Positions 1 through 7,677 of a stretch of DNA of 32,000 nt are shown in pieces (the first letter of the stretch is position 1; every line of letters starts with the position of its first letter). Origin of the DNA: Prochlorococcus sp. MIT 0801 (GTDB lineage: Bacteria; Cyanobacteriota; Cyanobacteriia; PCC-6307; Cyanobiaceae). The notes beneath the pieces were generated by a model. The model worked only from the letters and a program-made list of their open reading frames with translations, was not told the origin of the DNA and did no database searches. The stretch spans positions 720,001 to 752,000 of the forward strand of contig NZ_CP007754.1 in the NCBI RefSeq assembly GCF_000757865.1. The letters run 5' to 3'. A program made the translations under genes and the position numbers.

Positions 1-183
1 ATTATTAGATTCTTTTTTTCTCCTAGATTCATGAAGTTGTTCTAATTCATTATAGACATCATGTAATGTTTTCTTTATATGATCTGAATGCTCGATGGAT
101 CCAAGTGAATTCATAGCTTTTAAAAGGCTATCTTTTGCTTCTATCAAACCTCGACACTGTGTGCTGCCCGCTTCAGAGGTCAT
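1..183 (-). CDS. Small hypothetical protein, N-terminal 61 codons; the ORF runs off the left edge of the window
   Basis: Hand translation of the reverse strand from ATG (complement of 181-183): MTSEAGSTQCRGLIEAKDSLLKAMNSLGSIEHSDHIKKTLHDVYNELEQLHESRRKKESNN, open to position 1. The C-terminal pattern VYNxLxxLH...RRKK resembles the ORFs at 4995-5210 and 8244-8447. Confidence 0.4.
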   Translation of the reverse strand, partial: MTSEAGSTQCRGLIEAKDSLLKAMNSLGSIEHSDHIKKTLHDVYNELEQLHESRRKKESNN

Positions 184-347
184 TTTTGTAAGAGCTGTTG
201 GTATTATCTTATTATAACTATTATTTTAAATTATTAATTTTCTTTTCAGCTTTTTAAAATTATTATTTCTTTAACTTCACTTTAGATTTTCAGGCTTGAC
301 GAAGTCTGACTTTCTCATTAAAAACAAAATTAAGTATAATTTTTTTG

Positions 348-617
348 ATGGCAAAAATAGATAGTCCAAAATGCCCTATTGGATGGCTTATTGATCCCCA
401 TCATAAATGGGCAATAAACTTTGATTGGAAAAAAGTAACTAGTGAACAGAATACTGAATCTTTCACCATTGATATGTGGGGAGTAGTTGAAAATGGCAAA
501 CCTATGCAATTTAAAAGTAGAAGAAAGGTCACAAAGGAGGAGTCATTAAAGACATGGAATCAATTGCTCTCATCAAATTGGATTGAATTTGATTTTGAAA
601 TGAATAAAAGTGCTTGA
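348..617 (+). CDS. Hypothetical small protein (89 aa from the ATG at 348; the track starts at TTG 345)
   Basis: Stop-free frame in an AT-rich context, with a TATAAT hexamer at 334-339 just upstream. Trp-rich with no recognisable catalytic motif. It may belong to one of the small picocyanobacteria-specific families, but I cannot confirm that. Confidence 0.55.
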   Translation: MAKIDSPKCPIGWLIDPHHKWAINFDWKKVTSEQNTESFTIDMWGVVENGKPMQFKSRRKVTKEESLKTWNQLLSSNWIEFDFEMNKSA

Positions 618-690
618 AAGGCTTTTTAATCTAGTGTGCATTATCCTTATTACTGGTTATCATAAATTTATGTATTTATAATTTTTAAAA

Positions 691-951
691 TTGCTAAATA
701 CTTTCCATAAACTTCTCAAATTAACTATTATATTCTCAGCTGTAATTACAGGATGGACTTCAGTTATTCTTTTATCTAGCACAACATTAAATATAGAGAT
801 TAAGGAATTAATAACTAAAATGTATCTGAATCAAAAGAATTTCATGTTTAATGTTAAGGATTTATCACTTTTGTTAGTAAAAGATGCAAATGAGCGCTTT
901 TCTGAAAAAAATCAAGGCATAATTCCATTAAAAAATTCAAAATCAGAATGA
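691..951 (+). CDS. Hypothetical small membrane protein (TTG start in the track)
   Basis: One clear hydrophobic segment (LKLTIIFSAVITGWTSVILLSS). It ends 4 nt before the next ORF. The non-ATG start and lack of similarity keep confidence low. Confidence 0.4.
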   Translation: MLNTFHKLLKLTIIFSAVITGWTSVILLSSTTLNIEIKELITKMYLNQKNFMFNVKDLSLLLVKDANERFSEKNQGIIPLKNSKSE

Positions 952-955
952 TAAA

Positions 956-1426
956 TTGACAAACAAGACACTTTATCTGGCCTCTCCTTATGGCTTTTCT
1001 GAGCATTGGAGAAAAAAACTTTTACCTGAATTTGTTTCTAAATTGGAGGTTATGGGGGCGAGTGTTTTGGAACCTTTTGATCGTAATAGTCATATTGATA
1101 TTACTTCGCCTGGTTGGGCTAATAAAGTTGCTAATTCAAACTTAAACGACTTGAGGCAAGCTGATGGCTTATTCGCAATAGTTAATGGGACTCCCCCTGA
1201 CGAGGGAGTAATGGTTGAGCTTGGGGTTGCTATTGCTTTAGGTAAACCTATATTTTTATTTAGAGATGATTTTCGTAAATGTACTGATTCTGATGAATAC
1301 CCCCTTAACTTAATGATTTTCCTTGGGGTACCTTCTGATTCATGGAATGATTACTATTATTCTTCCTTGAATGATCTTGATTGTAAAAAGAAAGCCATTT
1401 ATAAATGGTTGATAGAAAAAAGCTAA
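956..1426 (+). CDS. Nucleoside 2-deoxyribosyltransferase-family protein (NDT / Rcl-DNPH1-like fold)
   Basis: N-terminal LYLASPYGFSE (compare the family motif YLAGPxF) and the acidic catalytic-type block DEGVMVELGVAIALGKPIFLF. The 156-aa length is typical. TTG start as given by the track. Confidence 0.7.
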   Translation: MTNKTLYLASPYGFSEHWRKKLLPEFVSKLEVMGASVLEPFDRNSHIDITSPGWANKVANSNLNDLRQADGLFAIVNGTPPDEGVMVELGVAIALGKPIFLFRDDFRKCTDSDEYPLNLMIFLGVPSDSWNDYYYSSLNDLDCKKKAIYKWLIEKS

Positions 1427-1510
1427 TGTATATAATTTCTATTAATTTATATACACAAATAATTTTAAATCTTTGTATTTAGTTTAAGATTATATCTTTT
1501 TTTATTTTAA

Positions 1511-2356
1511 ATGAATGATATTTTGTTTAACTTTACTGAAATACGGATAGAAATATCTTTTAAATCTTTTGATGAACTTCGTAAGACTTTATCTTTTTAT
1601 CAGAGAAATAATCTTTATAATATTAATATACCATGTAAAAATAGCTTAAAAAAGGATTTTCTTTTAGAGTCGATAAAAATTACAAAAGATGAGTTTCCAA
1701 ATATAGATATTATTCCTCACTTTAGTATCCTCAATGAATTTAAAAGAAATAGGATTAATACATATGATTCTTTTATATACTTTCTGCAAGCTGCTAAATA
1801 CTCCGGATGCAAACAGGTACTTCTTGTCTCTGGTTCTCAAAAAAGGTCTACATTAGACTCTGTTTCGGCTCTAGATATGCTTAAAGAAAATTCTTTATTT
1901 TTTAATCAAGATATTTCTATTGGCGTAGCATTTAATCCTTATTTACCTTCCTATTTGTTTGATGAAGAGATTTCAAGATTAGAAAAAAAACTTCAATCAG
2001 GTTTAGTTAGTTCTATTTGGATTCAATTTGGTACCGATTATAAACTTCTCAAAAGTAGGATTGAAATTCTCTCTAATATACTATCCGTGCCTACTAACAA
2101 TCATTCTAAAGTTTCTAAAATTAGTCTATTTGGTAGTATTTTAATACCATCTAGGCAATTTCTAGCTAGATTTAAATATCGACCATGGAAAGGTGTTTAT
2201 TGTTCTACTGAGTTCTTAGAATCTGAGGAATCTGCCCATAAAATAATTACAAATTTATTAAATATCTATAAACTAAATCAAATTTGCCCACTAATTGAAA
2301 CAAATATTTCTACTGATAAACATTTAGATAAATTAAAAAACGTACTTAATTTATAG
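1511..2356 (+). CDS. Divergent methylenetetrahydrofolate-reductase-like (MetF-fold TIM barrel) protein; function uncertain
   Basis: Block order is collinear with E. coli MetF from memory: IEISFKSF (VSFEFFPP), IIPHFSI (APHLTC), VLLVSGS (VALRGD), ISIGVAFNPYLPS (ISVAAYPEVHP), IWIQFGTD (AITQFFFD), LFGSILIP (IIPGILPV). The match is very diverged, so the family call is tentative. The coding status itself is solid (281 aa). Confidence 0.5.
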   Translation: MNDILFNFTEIRIEISFKSFDELRKTLSFYQRNNLYNINIPCKNSLKKDFLLESIKITKDEFPNIDIIPHFSILNEFKRNRINTYDSFIYFLQAAKYSGCKQVLLVSGSQKRSTLDSVSALDMLKENSLFFNQDISIGVAFNPYLPSYLFDEEISRLEKKLQSGLVSSIWIQFGTDYKLLKSRIEILSNILSVPTNNHSKVSKISLFGSILIPSRQFLARFKYRPWKGVYCSTEFLESEESAHKIITNLLNIYKLNQICPLIETNISTDKHLDKLKNVLNL

Positions 2357-2525
2357 ATTAAATTTTAAGTGCTCTGGAATGAATTATAAATAAAATTTAT
2401 TTAATCTAAAAAATTCAATTTAAACTTTACTTTAGATCTTCAAGAAGTTGTTTTGGCTAAAATAATTTTTAAATTAAAATAATTCATAGAGGTTGTGATG
2501 TAGAGCTTTTTTTTTGTAAAGGCCC

Positions 2526-2894
2526 TTACAGAATTGAATTAAAGGTTTGTAGGGATTCATTTCCATTTTTAATATAAAAAATTTGTGAGAGTTTGTGATG
2601 AAGTTTTTTTGCTGGCCGAGATTTTAATTTGCTAGAAAATTGAACTCCTTCAGCAATGTGAGATTTACTATGAATAAATGTAAAGCATCTGTGACTTTTT
2701 GTAAATATCCGCACTTGCTTGCTCTCTCTTCTCTTCTCTTATTTTTTAGTGGGGTTGGCGTATACGTTTAAGTGATGGCAATCTTTTTTACTTGTTTCTC
2801 GGTTCTTTCTCGACCTTCGAATTTCTTCTTTTCCCTTCTTTGCATCCTTTAATTCGATCCTGTTTTGGCCTGGTGTCACACCCCCTAGACTCAT
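2526..2894 (-). pseudogene. Possible disrupted gene: one reverse-strand frame of 122 codons with a single in-frame TAA (2739-2741)
   Basis: Hand translation gives ATG 2894 -> MSLGGVTPGQNRIELKDAKKGKEEIRRSRKNRETSKKDCHHLNVYANPTKK, then TAA. Reading continues in the same frame as EKRRESKQ and then the track ORF 2714->2526 (VRIFTKSHRCF...NSIL). The product is very basic and matches no known family. It could equally be two chance ORFs in a purine-rich strand. Confidence 0.25.
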
Positions 2895-2985
2895 GCTTAT
2901 CGTTTTGTGCTCGAGAGAAGATCATCTGTTGTTCGCAGTCTAATGAAAATTCCATTAATTTAAAATTTGTAGTCTTCTAAAAAAA

Positions 2986-3189
2986 ATGTTTTCATCAAGG
3001 AAAAAAGCACCTCAGAAGGCAATTCCTCAAGCAAATTCTTTTGCTGCTGATACCTTTTTGCTTAGAAGAGGCTCTGAGGCTACTAGGTATAAACTTGCTG
3101 CATTGATGATGTTTGTTGCTGGATTTGGTTTGCTAACTTTAGGAACTTGGGTTCTCAATGATTTTAATTTTCTAACTTTTACAAACTGA
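2986..3189 (+). CDS. Hypothetical small membrane protein (67 aa, one TM segment)
   Basis: ATG start, a basic N-terminus, then YKLAALMMFVAGFGLLTLGTWVL. A perfect 16-bp hairpin terminator lies 47 nt downstream on the same strand. Confidence 0.55.
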   Translation: MFSSRKKAPQKAIPQANSFAADTFLLRRGSEATRYKLAALMMFVAGFGLLTLGTWVLNDFNFLTFTN

Positions 3190-3235
3190 GTTTGTAAGTT
3201 GATATTCAATTCATAAATATGGATTGAATTAATAT

Positions 3236-3280
3236 ACAATAACCAGAATTTAGTTAATAAATTCTGGTTATTGTATTTTT
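3236..3280 (+). terminator. Rho-independent terminator
   Basis: ACAATAACCAGAATTT (3236-3251) pairs perfectly with AAATTCTGGTTATTGT (3259-3274). The loop is 7 nt and is followed by ATTTTT. Confidence 0.65.
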
Positions 3281-3333
3281 CAATCTGAAATTTTATCTCT
3301 TGTGTCTTAAAATTGGGATGTGGCAACAATTAA

Positions 3334-3669
3334 ATGTCAAATTCTTGGAATCAATACTTTTCACATTATTCAGATTGGGACGAGGCACATTGTTTTAATG
3401 TCAGAATCGAACTCAAATTTGAGGAAGAAATAAAACGACTTGGTTATATTGAATACTTGAAGTCTGATGATATTTTTCTGAAAGATGAAAATATTTCTAA
3501 CAAGACTCTCCCTAGAAGTAAAACTTATATTAAGAATAAAAATGAGATTCTATTGTCTTTCGATGTTCCTTACGATTGGTCTATTGATACTGATTGGGAG
3601 GATAAAGCACTTATTCTTCTTGGCCTAAACGACGAATGGGTCATAGACTCATCAGTTGAAGACAAATAA
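3334..3669 (+). CDS. Hypothetical acidic, Trp/Asp-rich protein (111 aa)
   Basis: ATG start and a long stop-free frame in AT-rich DNA. No recognisable motif. Confidence 0.6.
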   Translation: MSNSWNQYFSHYSDWDEAHCFNVRIELKFEEEIKRLGYIEYLKSDDIFLKDENISNKTLPRSKTYIKNKNEILLSFDVPYDWSIDTDWEDKALILLGLNDEWVIDSSVEDK

Positions 3670-3719
3670 GTTGTTAATCCAAGATTCTTAAATTAAATTA
3701 TTTAACTGCTGAATTAGTT

Positions 3720-3986
3720 TTATGAGTAAAAAATAATTGCTAGACCTTTTTGCGTTATGTAAAACTCTTTCTCTTCTCGACTTAAATCTATTGCTAATTC
3801 CTCACCTTCTTTAATTGCTTGTTCATAAGGAGGTTTTGCAGGAGAATTGCCTTTATAAATCGCTGCAATTCCTAAGGGAGTTGCGTTCCATGCAAAATTA
3901 TCTGTTTCTCCAATGAGAGGCTGATTTAAAGCTTCTTCAAGAAGATTGGATGATTTTGATGTTGTACGAATTGCTGTTGATGTCAT
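3720..3986 (-). CDS. Hypothetical protein (88 aa)
   Basis: ATG start with a non-repetitive, balanced composition. Convergent with 3334-3669. No family recognised. Confidence 0.55.
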   Translation of the reverse strand: MTSTAIRTTSKSSNLLEEALNQPLIGETDNFAWNATPLGIAAIYKGNSPAKPPYEQAIKEGEELAIDLSREEKEFYITQKGLAIIFYS

Positions 3987-4178
3987 GTTTATATTTTAGA
4001 TTTCTTATAAAAAAAACTTGTTTAGTTATCCTTAGAAGAAGGTATATATCCACTTTCTAGTGCATTGGATTGTTTTTTGCGTCATTTTTGTTGATCTCTG
4101 CATCCTTTATAATGCCTAGGCCTTTTTATTATTTCTTAGCGCTAGATAGATTTTATTAAATCATTTAAAAAATCCTTA

Positions 4179-4574
4179 TTATTTATCTTGTATCATTTTT
4201 TGAAACAGAATAAATTGTTTAAACTGTTCAATTAACTTTTCGTTAGAATCTTCTTTAGACTCGGATAAATCATAATCTGGATAATAGTTGTACTTTTTTT
4301 TGTTGTAAGTTATACCTTTATCTGAGATCAATTCATCAAGATCGTTATAGTTTAAGGATGATTTATATATATTATTTTCTTTGCAATAAAGGTTCTTTAC
4401 AATTTGATCACTAGAATTTTGAAGATCGAATCCAACTCTTGCCATCAAGGCTTCTTCTACTAATATCCCTACCACTTTTGATTGGCTAAGCTTTTCTTTA
4501 ATTGCAATTTTGGTTATCGTCTTTTGAGCATTAATTGATGGAAGATAGCCAATCCTTTTTCTTATGGAGGGCAT
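4179..4574 (-). CDS. Ribbon-helix-helix (CopG/Arc-like) N-terminal domain protein with an uncharacterised C-terminal half
   Basis: KRIGYLPS (beta strand), INAQKTITKIAIKEK (helix A), LSQS turn, KVVGILVEEAL (helix B). This matches the RHH pattern seen in CopG (RLTITLS-ESVLENLEKMAREMG-LSKS-AMISVALENY). Confidence 0.5.
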   Translation of the reverse strand: MPSIRKRIGYLPSINAQKTITKIAIKEKLSQSKVVGILVEEALMARVGFDLQNSSDQIVKNLYCKENNIYKSSLNYNDLDELISDKGITYNKKKYNYYPDYDLSESKEDSNEKLIEQFKQFILFQKMIQDK

Positions 4575-4657
4575 AAATATTTATTTAGATGAAATTTAAT
4601 TTACTTTACCTACTGGTTGATTATCAAATATTCTATGTATTTCTTGACCTATAAATT

Positions 4658-4834
4658 TTAAAAAATCCAATCAGCTAACATTATTTTTGCTTTCTCCATT
4701 TCATTATTAGCCTTATACTCATTTATTTTTTTTAAAGCTGAGTATGCCATTTCTCCTTTATCCCAAAAAAGAATGTGATTTATAGGGCTTAGAAGATTAG
4801 ATTCACTTCCAGAATTTGTATTTTTTTTAGGCAT
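4658..4834 (-). CDS. Candidate 58-aa ORF, below the track length cut-off, upstream of the RHH-like gene
   Basis: Hand translation: MPKKNTNSGSESNLLSPINHILFWDKGEMAYSALKKINEYKANNEMEKAKIMLADWIF, then TAA. Same strand as 4179-4574, 83 nt upstream of it. No similarity recognised. Confidence 0.3.
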   Translation of the reverse strand: MPKKNTNSGSESNLLSPINHILFWDKGEMAYSALKKINEYKANNEMEKAKIMLADWIF

Positions 4835-4994
4835 TAGTTTATCGATAAAGAGTTATTTCTCAATTTGAATTAGATAGTTAACTATAATTCCAGAATAGAC
4901 TATTGACTTTCATTTCTATGAAAAAATAAAGTAAAATATATTTTTTAGGTATTTAGGACTAATAATAATTGTTTTTCTAAGATATTTTTTTGAG

Positions 4995-5210
4995 CTATTT
5001 TCTTTTGTCTTCAGGAAACTCTGGTTTCTCTTTCTTTTTTCTCCTACCGTCTGAAAGCTCTAATAAAGTTGAAAGTTGCTCATATACTGATCTGAGTGAT
5101 GATAGCTCAGGAAGTAAACCGTCGTTCCTGAGGTCTTCATCCATATATCTAAGCTCTTGTCTTACATATGAGAGAATTGATTTCGCTTCATCTCTTTTTG
5201 GGCCAGCCAT
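4995..5210 (-). CDS. Small charged protein, paralogue A of a local family (71 aa)
   Basis: Aligns without gaps to the product of 8244-8447. Shared blocks: Y[VI]RQELR, DGLLPELS, VY, KKKxKPEF. That paralogy identifies the minus frame as real and the overlapping plus ORF 4990-5229 as a shadow. Confidence 0.75.
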   Translation of the reverse strand: MAGPKRDEAKSILSYVRQELRYMDEDLRNDGLLPELSSLRSVYEQLSTLLELSDGRRKKKEKPEFPEDKRK

Positions 5211-5350
5211 ATTTTTCTTTAATTTTTGAAAAGATACAACAAAAATGAACTGAATTAAGATTTCAACTGCGTATCAAGACAATGCGTCTTTACTCAATAT
5301 CTTTAATCAATAATCTTTTTTGATTTTTAAAATTTAGTTTTGACTCAATA

Positions 5351-5391
5351 AATAAAAGTAATAAATAAATTATTTATTTATTACTTTTATT
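5351..5391. repeat. 41-bp perfect palindrome (20-bp arms, 1-nt centre) in a divergent intergenic region
   Basis: AATAAAAGTAATAAATAAAT (5351-5370), T, ATTTATTTATTACTTTTATT (5372-5391). I checked every position as complementary. There is only one G:C pair. Confidence 0.8.
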
Positions 5392-5422
5392 AAAATATAA
5401 ATTAATAGAACTTTGTTCTTTG

Positions 5423-6640
5423 ATGACTTCAGATCTTGTCATTATTGGTGGGGGTGCCTCTGGCTTTATGGGGGCAATCACCGCTATTACTAATGGCGTT
5501 AGATCTGTTGTCATTCTAGAGGGCACATCAAAAGTACTTGAAAAAGTTAAAATTAGTGGTGGTGGTAGATGTAATTTAACCAATTCATGTGTCGAGATTT
5601 CTAATTTAGTAAATAATTATCCAAGAGGAGAAAAGCAACTATTAGGACTGTTTAATAGATTTTCCACTACTGAAACTTTTGATTGGTTTCAAAAGAGAGG
5701 AGTTAGTCTTAAAGTAGAGAAAGATGGCAGAGTATTTCCTTGCTCTGATTCTTCTGAAGATGTTATAAGCTGTTTGACTGCTGCTGCGAAAAACTCTGGT
5801 GTAAAGGTATTAACTAATTCTCATGTAAAGCAAATTAGCAAAATAAATGGTGGCTTTAACTTATTAGTTAGAGGTAACAATTCCTTTAAAGCCAAAAATA
5901 TTTTGATTTGTAGTGGTGGTCATCCTAGTGGACGTAGATTAGCAAAGAGTCTTGGGCATTCAATTATTCAGCCTGTTCCATCTCTTTTTTCTTTTTCTAC
6001 TGCAGAAAGCTCATTAAGTGATTGTTCAGGTGTTGCTTTAGATGTTCAGATTAAACTAAAAGTAAACAACAAAAAATATTCCGGGAAAGGCCCTATCTTG
6101 ATAACACATAAAGGCTTTAGTGGTCCAGTGATACTTAGGATCTCTGCCTTTAGTGCAAGAAATCTATACAGAAACAAATATAATTGTGAATTAAGAATAA
6201 ATTGGCTTTGTATGCATGAAAATGAAGTCAGATTAAAATTAGATCTATATAAATTAGAAAATGCTAAGAAATCAATATTCAATAATAAACCTTTCCATAG
6301 TCTTCCACGAAGATTGTGGAAATCTTTCCTCTTAAGTTTAAATGTTGATAGACAATTGAAATGGGCAGAACTATCTAAATCAGAAAAAGAGTCTTTAATC
6401 AAATGTTTAACAATGAAAACCTACTTGATAAAAGGTCGTGGTCCGTATGGGGAGGAATTTGTAACTGCTGGAGGAGTATCACTTAAGGAAATTAATTTTA
6501 AAACTATGGAAAGTAAGATATGTAAGGGGGTATTCTTTGCAGGAGAAATATTAGATATTGATGGTGTTACGGGCGGTTTTAATTTCCAACATTGCTGGAC
6601 TAGTGGTTGGGTGGCTGGAAAGTCAATATCTTTGAGTTAG
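5423..6640 (+). CDS. HI0933/BaiN-family FAD-dependent oxidoreductase
   Basis: Dinucleotide-binding motif DLVIIGGGASGFMGAI and the family hallmark GGGRCNLTN. The C-terminal GEILDIDGVTGGFNFQ is typical. The ATG at 5423 is preferred over the TTG at 5420. Confidence 0.85.
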   Translation: MTSDLVIIGGGASGFMGAITAITNGVRSVVILEGTSKVLEKVKISGGGRCNLTNSCVEISNLVNNYPRGEKQLLGLFNRFSTTETFDWFQKRGVSLKVEKDGRVFPCSDSSEDVISCLTAAAKNSGVKVLTNSHVKQISKINGGFNLLVRGNNSFKAKNILICSGGHPSGRRLAKSLGHSIIQPVPSLFSFSTAESSLSDCSGVALDVQIKLKVNNKKYSGKGPILITHKGFSGPVILRISAFSARNLYRNKYNCELRINWLCMHENEVRLKLDLYKLENAKKSIFNNKPFHSLPRRLWKSFLLSLNVDRQLKWAELSKSEKESLIKCLTMKTYLIKGRGPYGEEFVTAGGVSLKEINFKTMESKICKGVFFAGEILDIDGVTGGFNFQHCWTSGWVAGKSISLS

Positions 6641-7097
6641 ATACAAATATATAATTTTTTATTGGCTTTCATTTAAATGTATATATGCAGAATAATTAGC
6701 CAAGTGAAGCGATTAACGCTGGTAAAGCAACTATTATTATGCCTACAGACGCAGTAGCGGCAAGAAGTGATGTGCTCAAGAGGCAGTTCTAATTCAAACA
6801 AATATTAGTACGTTGCTTGCATCACTAATGTGAGTATTAATACTAATCAAAGTGATTGATTTTTGTGTCTTTGTAAGGGTTCCCAAGGATCTGATTTTTT
6901 GATTAGATAACAAATATATTGATGTTTCTTTTTAAGTGCTGCTGGGAGCATTTATTTCAAGCAATTCCAATTAACTGCACATAAAAACTTTTAAAACACT
7001 TTCTAGGTATTAATACTTATCGTCACCTTTTGTGTTGTTCCTGTCCACGCTTTATGTCCCGCTGCAATTAAAGTTCATTCAATTAAAATAAGTCAAA

Positions 7098-7655
7098 TTG
7101 CTTACTTCTGTCCTCGTTAAATCAATATTTAAGGATTTTGCAATCCTTCTTTTAAGAGTTTTTACTGGTGCGTTACTTATCCATCATGGATTTGAAAAAT
7201 TAAACGACATCAATAATTTTGCTGATGCATTTGTGCGTCCCCTCCACTTACCTTTCCCTGTGACGCTTTCTTACATGGCTGCCGCTTCCGAAATAGTTGG
7301 AAGTTGGGCTTTAATTATTGGTCTTGGAACACGACTAGGAGCTTTCGCAATATTAGGGACAATGAGTGTAGCTATCTACCATGCCTTAGTCACATCAGGT
7401 TTTAACATTTATTTATTGGAACTTTTAGCTCTGTATTTCGCTTCTGCTACCTCAATAATATTATTAGGCCCTGGTAAATTCTCGGCTGATTATTTAGTAA
7501 CTGAGATTTTCATAAACAAATTAAATCCAGTTAATTCTGCTCCCAACCTGAAAACAATCGATACTGTTTATCCTAATAAAAAAACTAATATATCAAAAAA
7601 ATCAAAGCAAGATAAAAATTTTGCATTTCCTTTCTCTAGCTTTTTATCGCCCTAG
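7098..7655 (+). CDS. DoxX-family membrane protein
   Basis: LLLRVFTGALLIHHGFEKL plus about four hydrophobic segments. TTG start per the track. The C-terminal ~50 aa is hydrophilic and low complexity. Confidence 0.7.
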   Translation: MLTSVLVKSIFKDFAILLLRVFTGALLIHHGFEKLNDINNFADAFVRPLHLPFPVTLSYMAAASEIVGSWALIIGLGTRLGAFAILGTMSVAIYHALVTSGFNIYLLELLALYFASATSIILLGPGKFSADYLVTEIFINKLNPVNSAPNLKTIDTVYPNKKTNISKKSKQDKNFAFPFSSFLSP

Positions 7656-7677
7656 TTAGAGCCTAAACTTTTTGTAC

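Noticed and set aside
275-2444. Apparent repeated 20-nt block CTT[C/T]ACTTTAGAT[T/C]TTCA[G/A]G at 275-294 and 2425-2444 (17/20 identical), both intergenic
   Set aside because: A back-of-envelope estimate for this AT-rich composition gives hundreds of 17/20 matches expected by chance among all position pairs in 32 kb. The flanks do not align.
2792-2980. 62-aa plus-strand ORF (TTG start) in the 2.4-3.0 kb gap
   Set aside because: Its translation is the Phe/Ser/Leu/Cys-rich read-out of a pyrimidine-rich strand. It has no ATG and lies antisense to the better-looking basic minus-strand frame. I treated it as a shadow.
3027-3329. 100-aa minus-strand ORF
   Set aside because: It is antisense to the 2986-3189 ORF and runs straight through the perfect 16-bp terminator hairpin at 3236-3274. 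Its composition is low-complexity Asn/Lys/Ile, typical of AT-rich shadows.
4990-5229. 79-aa plus-strand ORF overlapping paralogue A
   Set aside because: The opposite frame has a clear paralogue at 8244-8447. The plus translation is Ser/Phe-rich junk.
5374-6402. Minus-strand ORFs 5374-5583 and 6046-6402
   Set aside because: Both are antisense shadows of the well-supported FAD oxidoreductase gene. The first also begins inside the AT palindrome.
6696-6779. 27-codon hydrophobic mini-ORF on the minus strand (TTG)STSLLAATASVGIIIVALPALIASLG, reminiscent of small photosystem subunits or type I toxins
   Set aside because: It has only a TTG start and no match to any small PSI, PSII or cytochrome b6f subunit sequence I can recall. 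It is short enough to arise by chance. I mention it only as something to check if the 6.6-7.1 kb gap proves to be transcribed.
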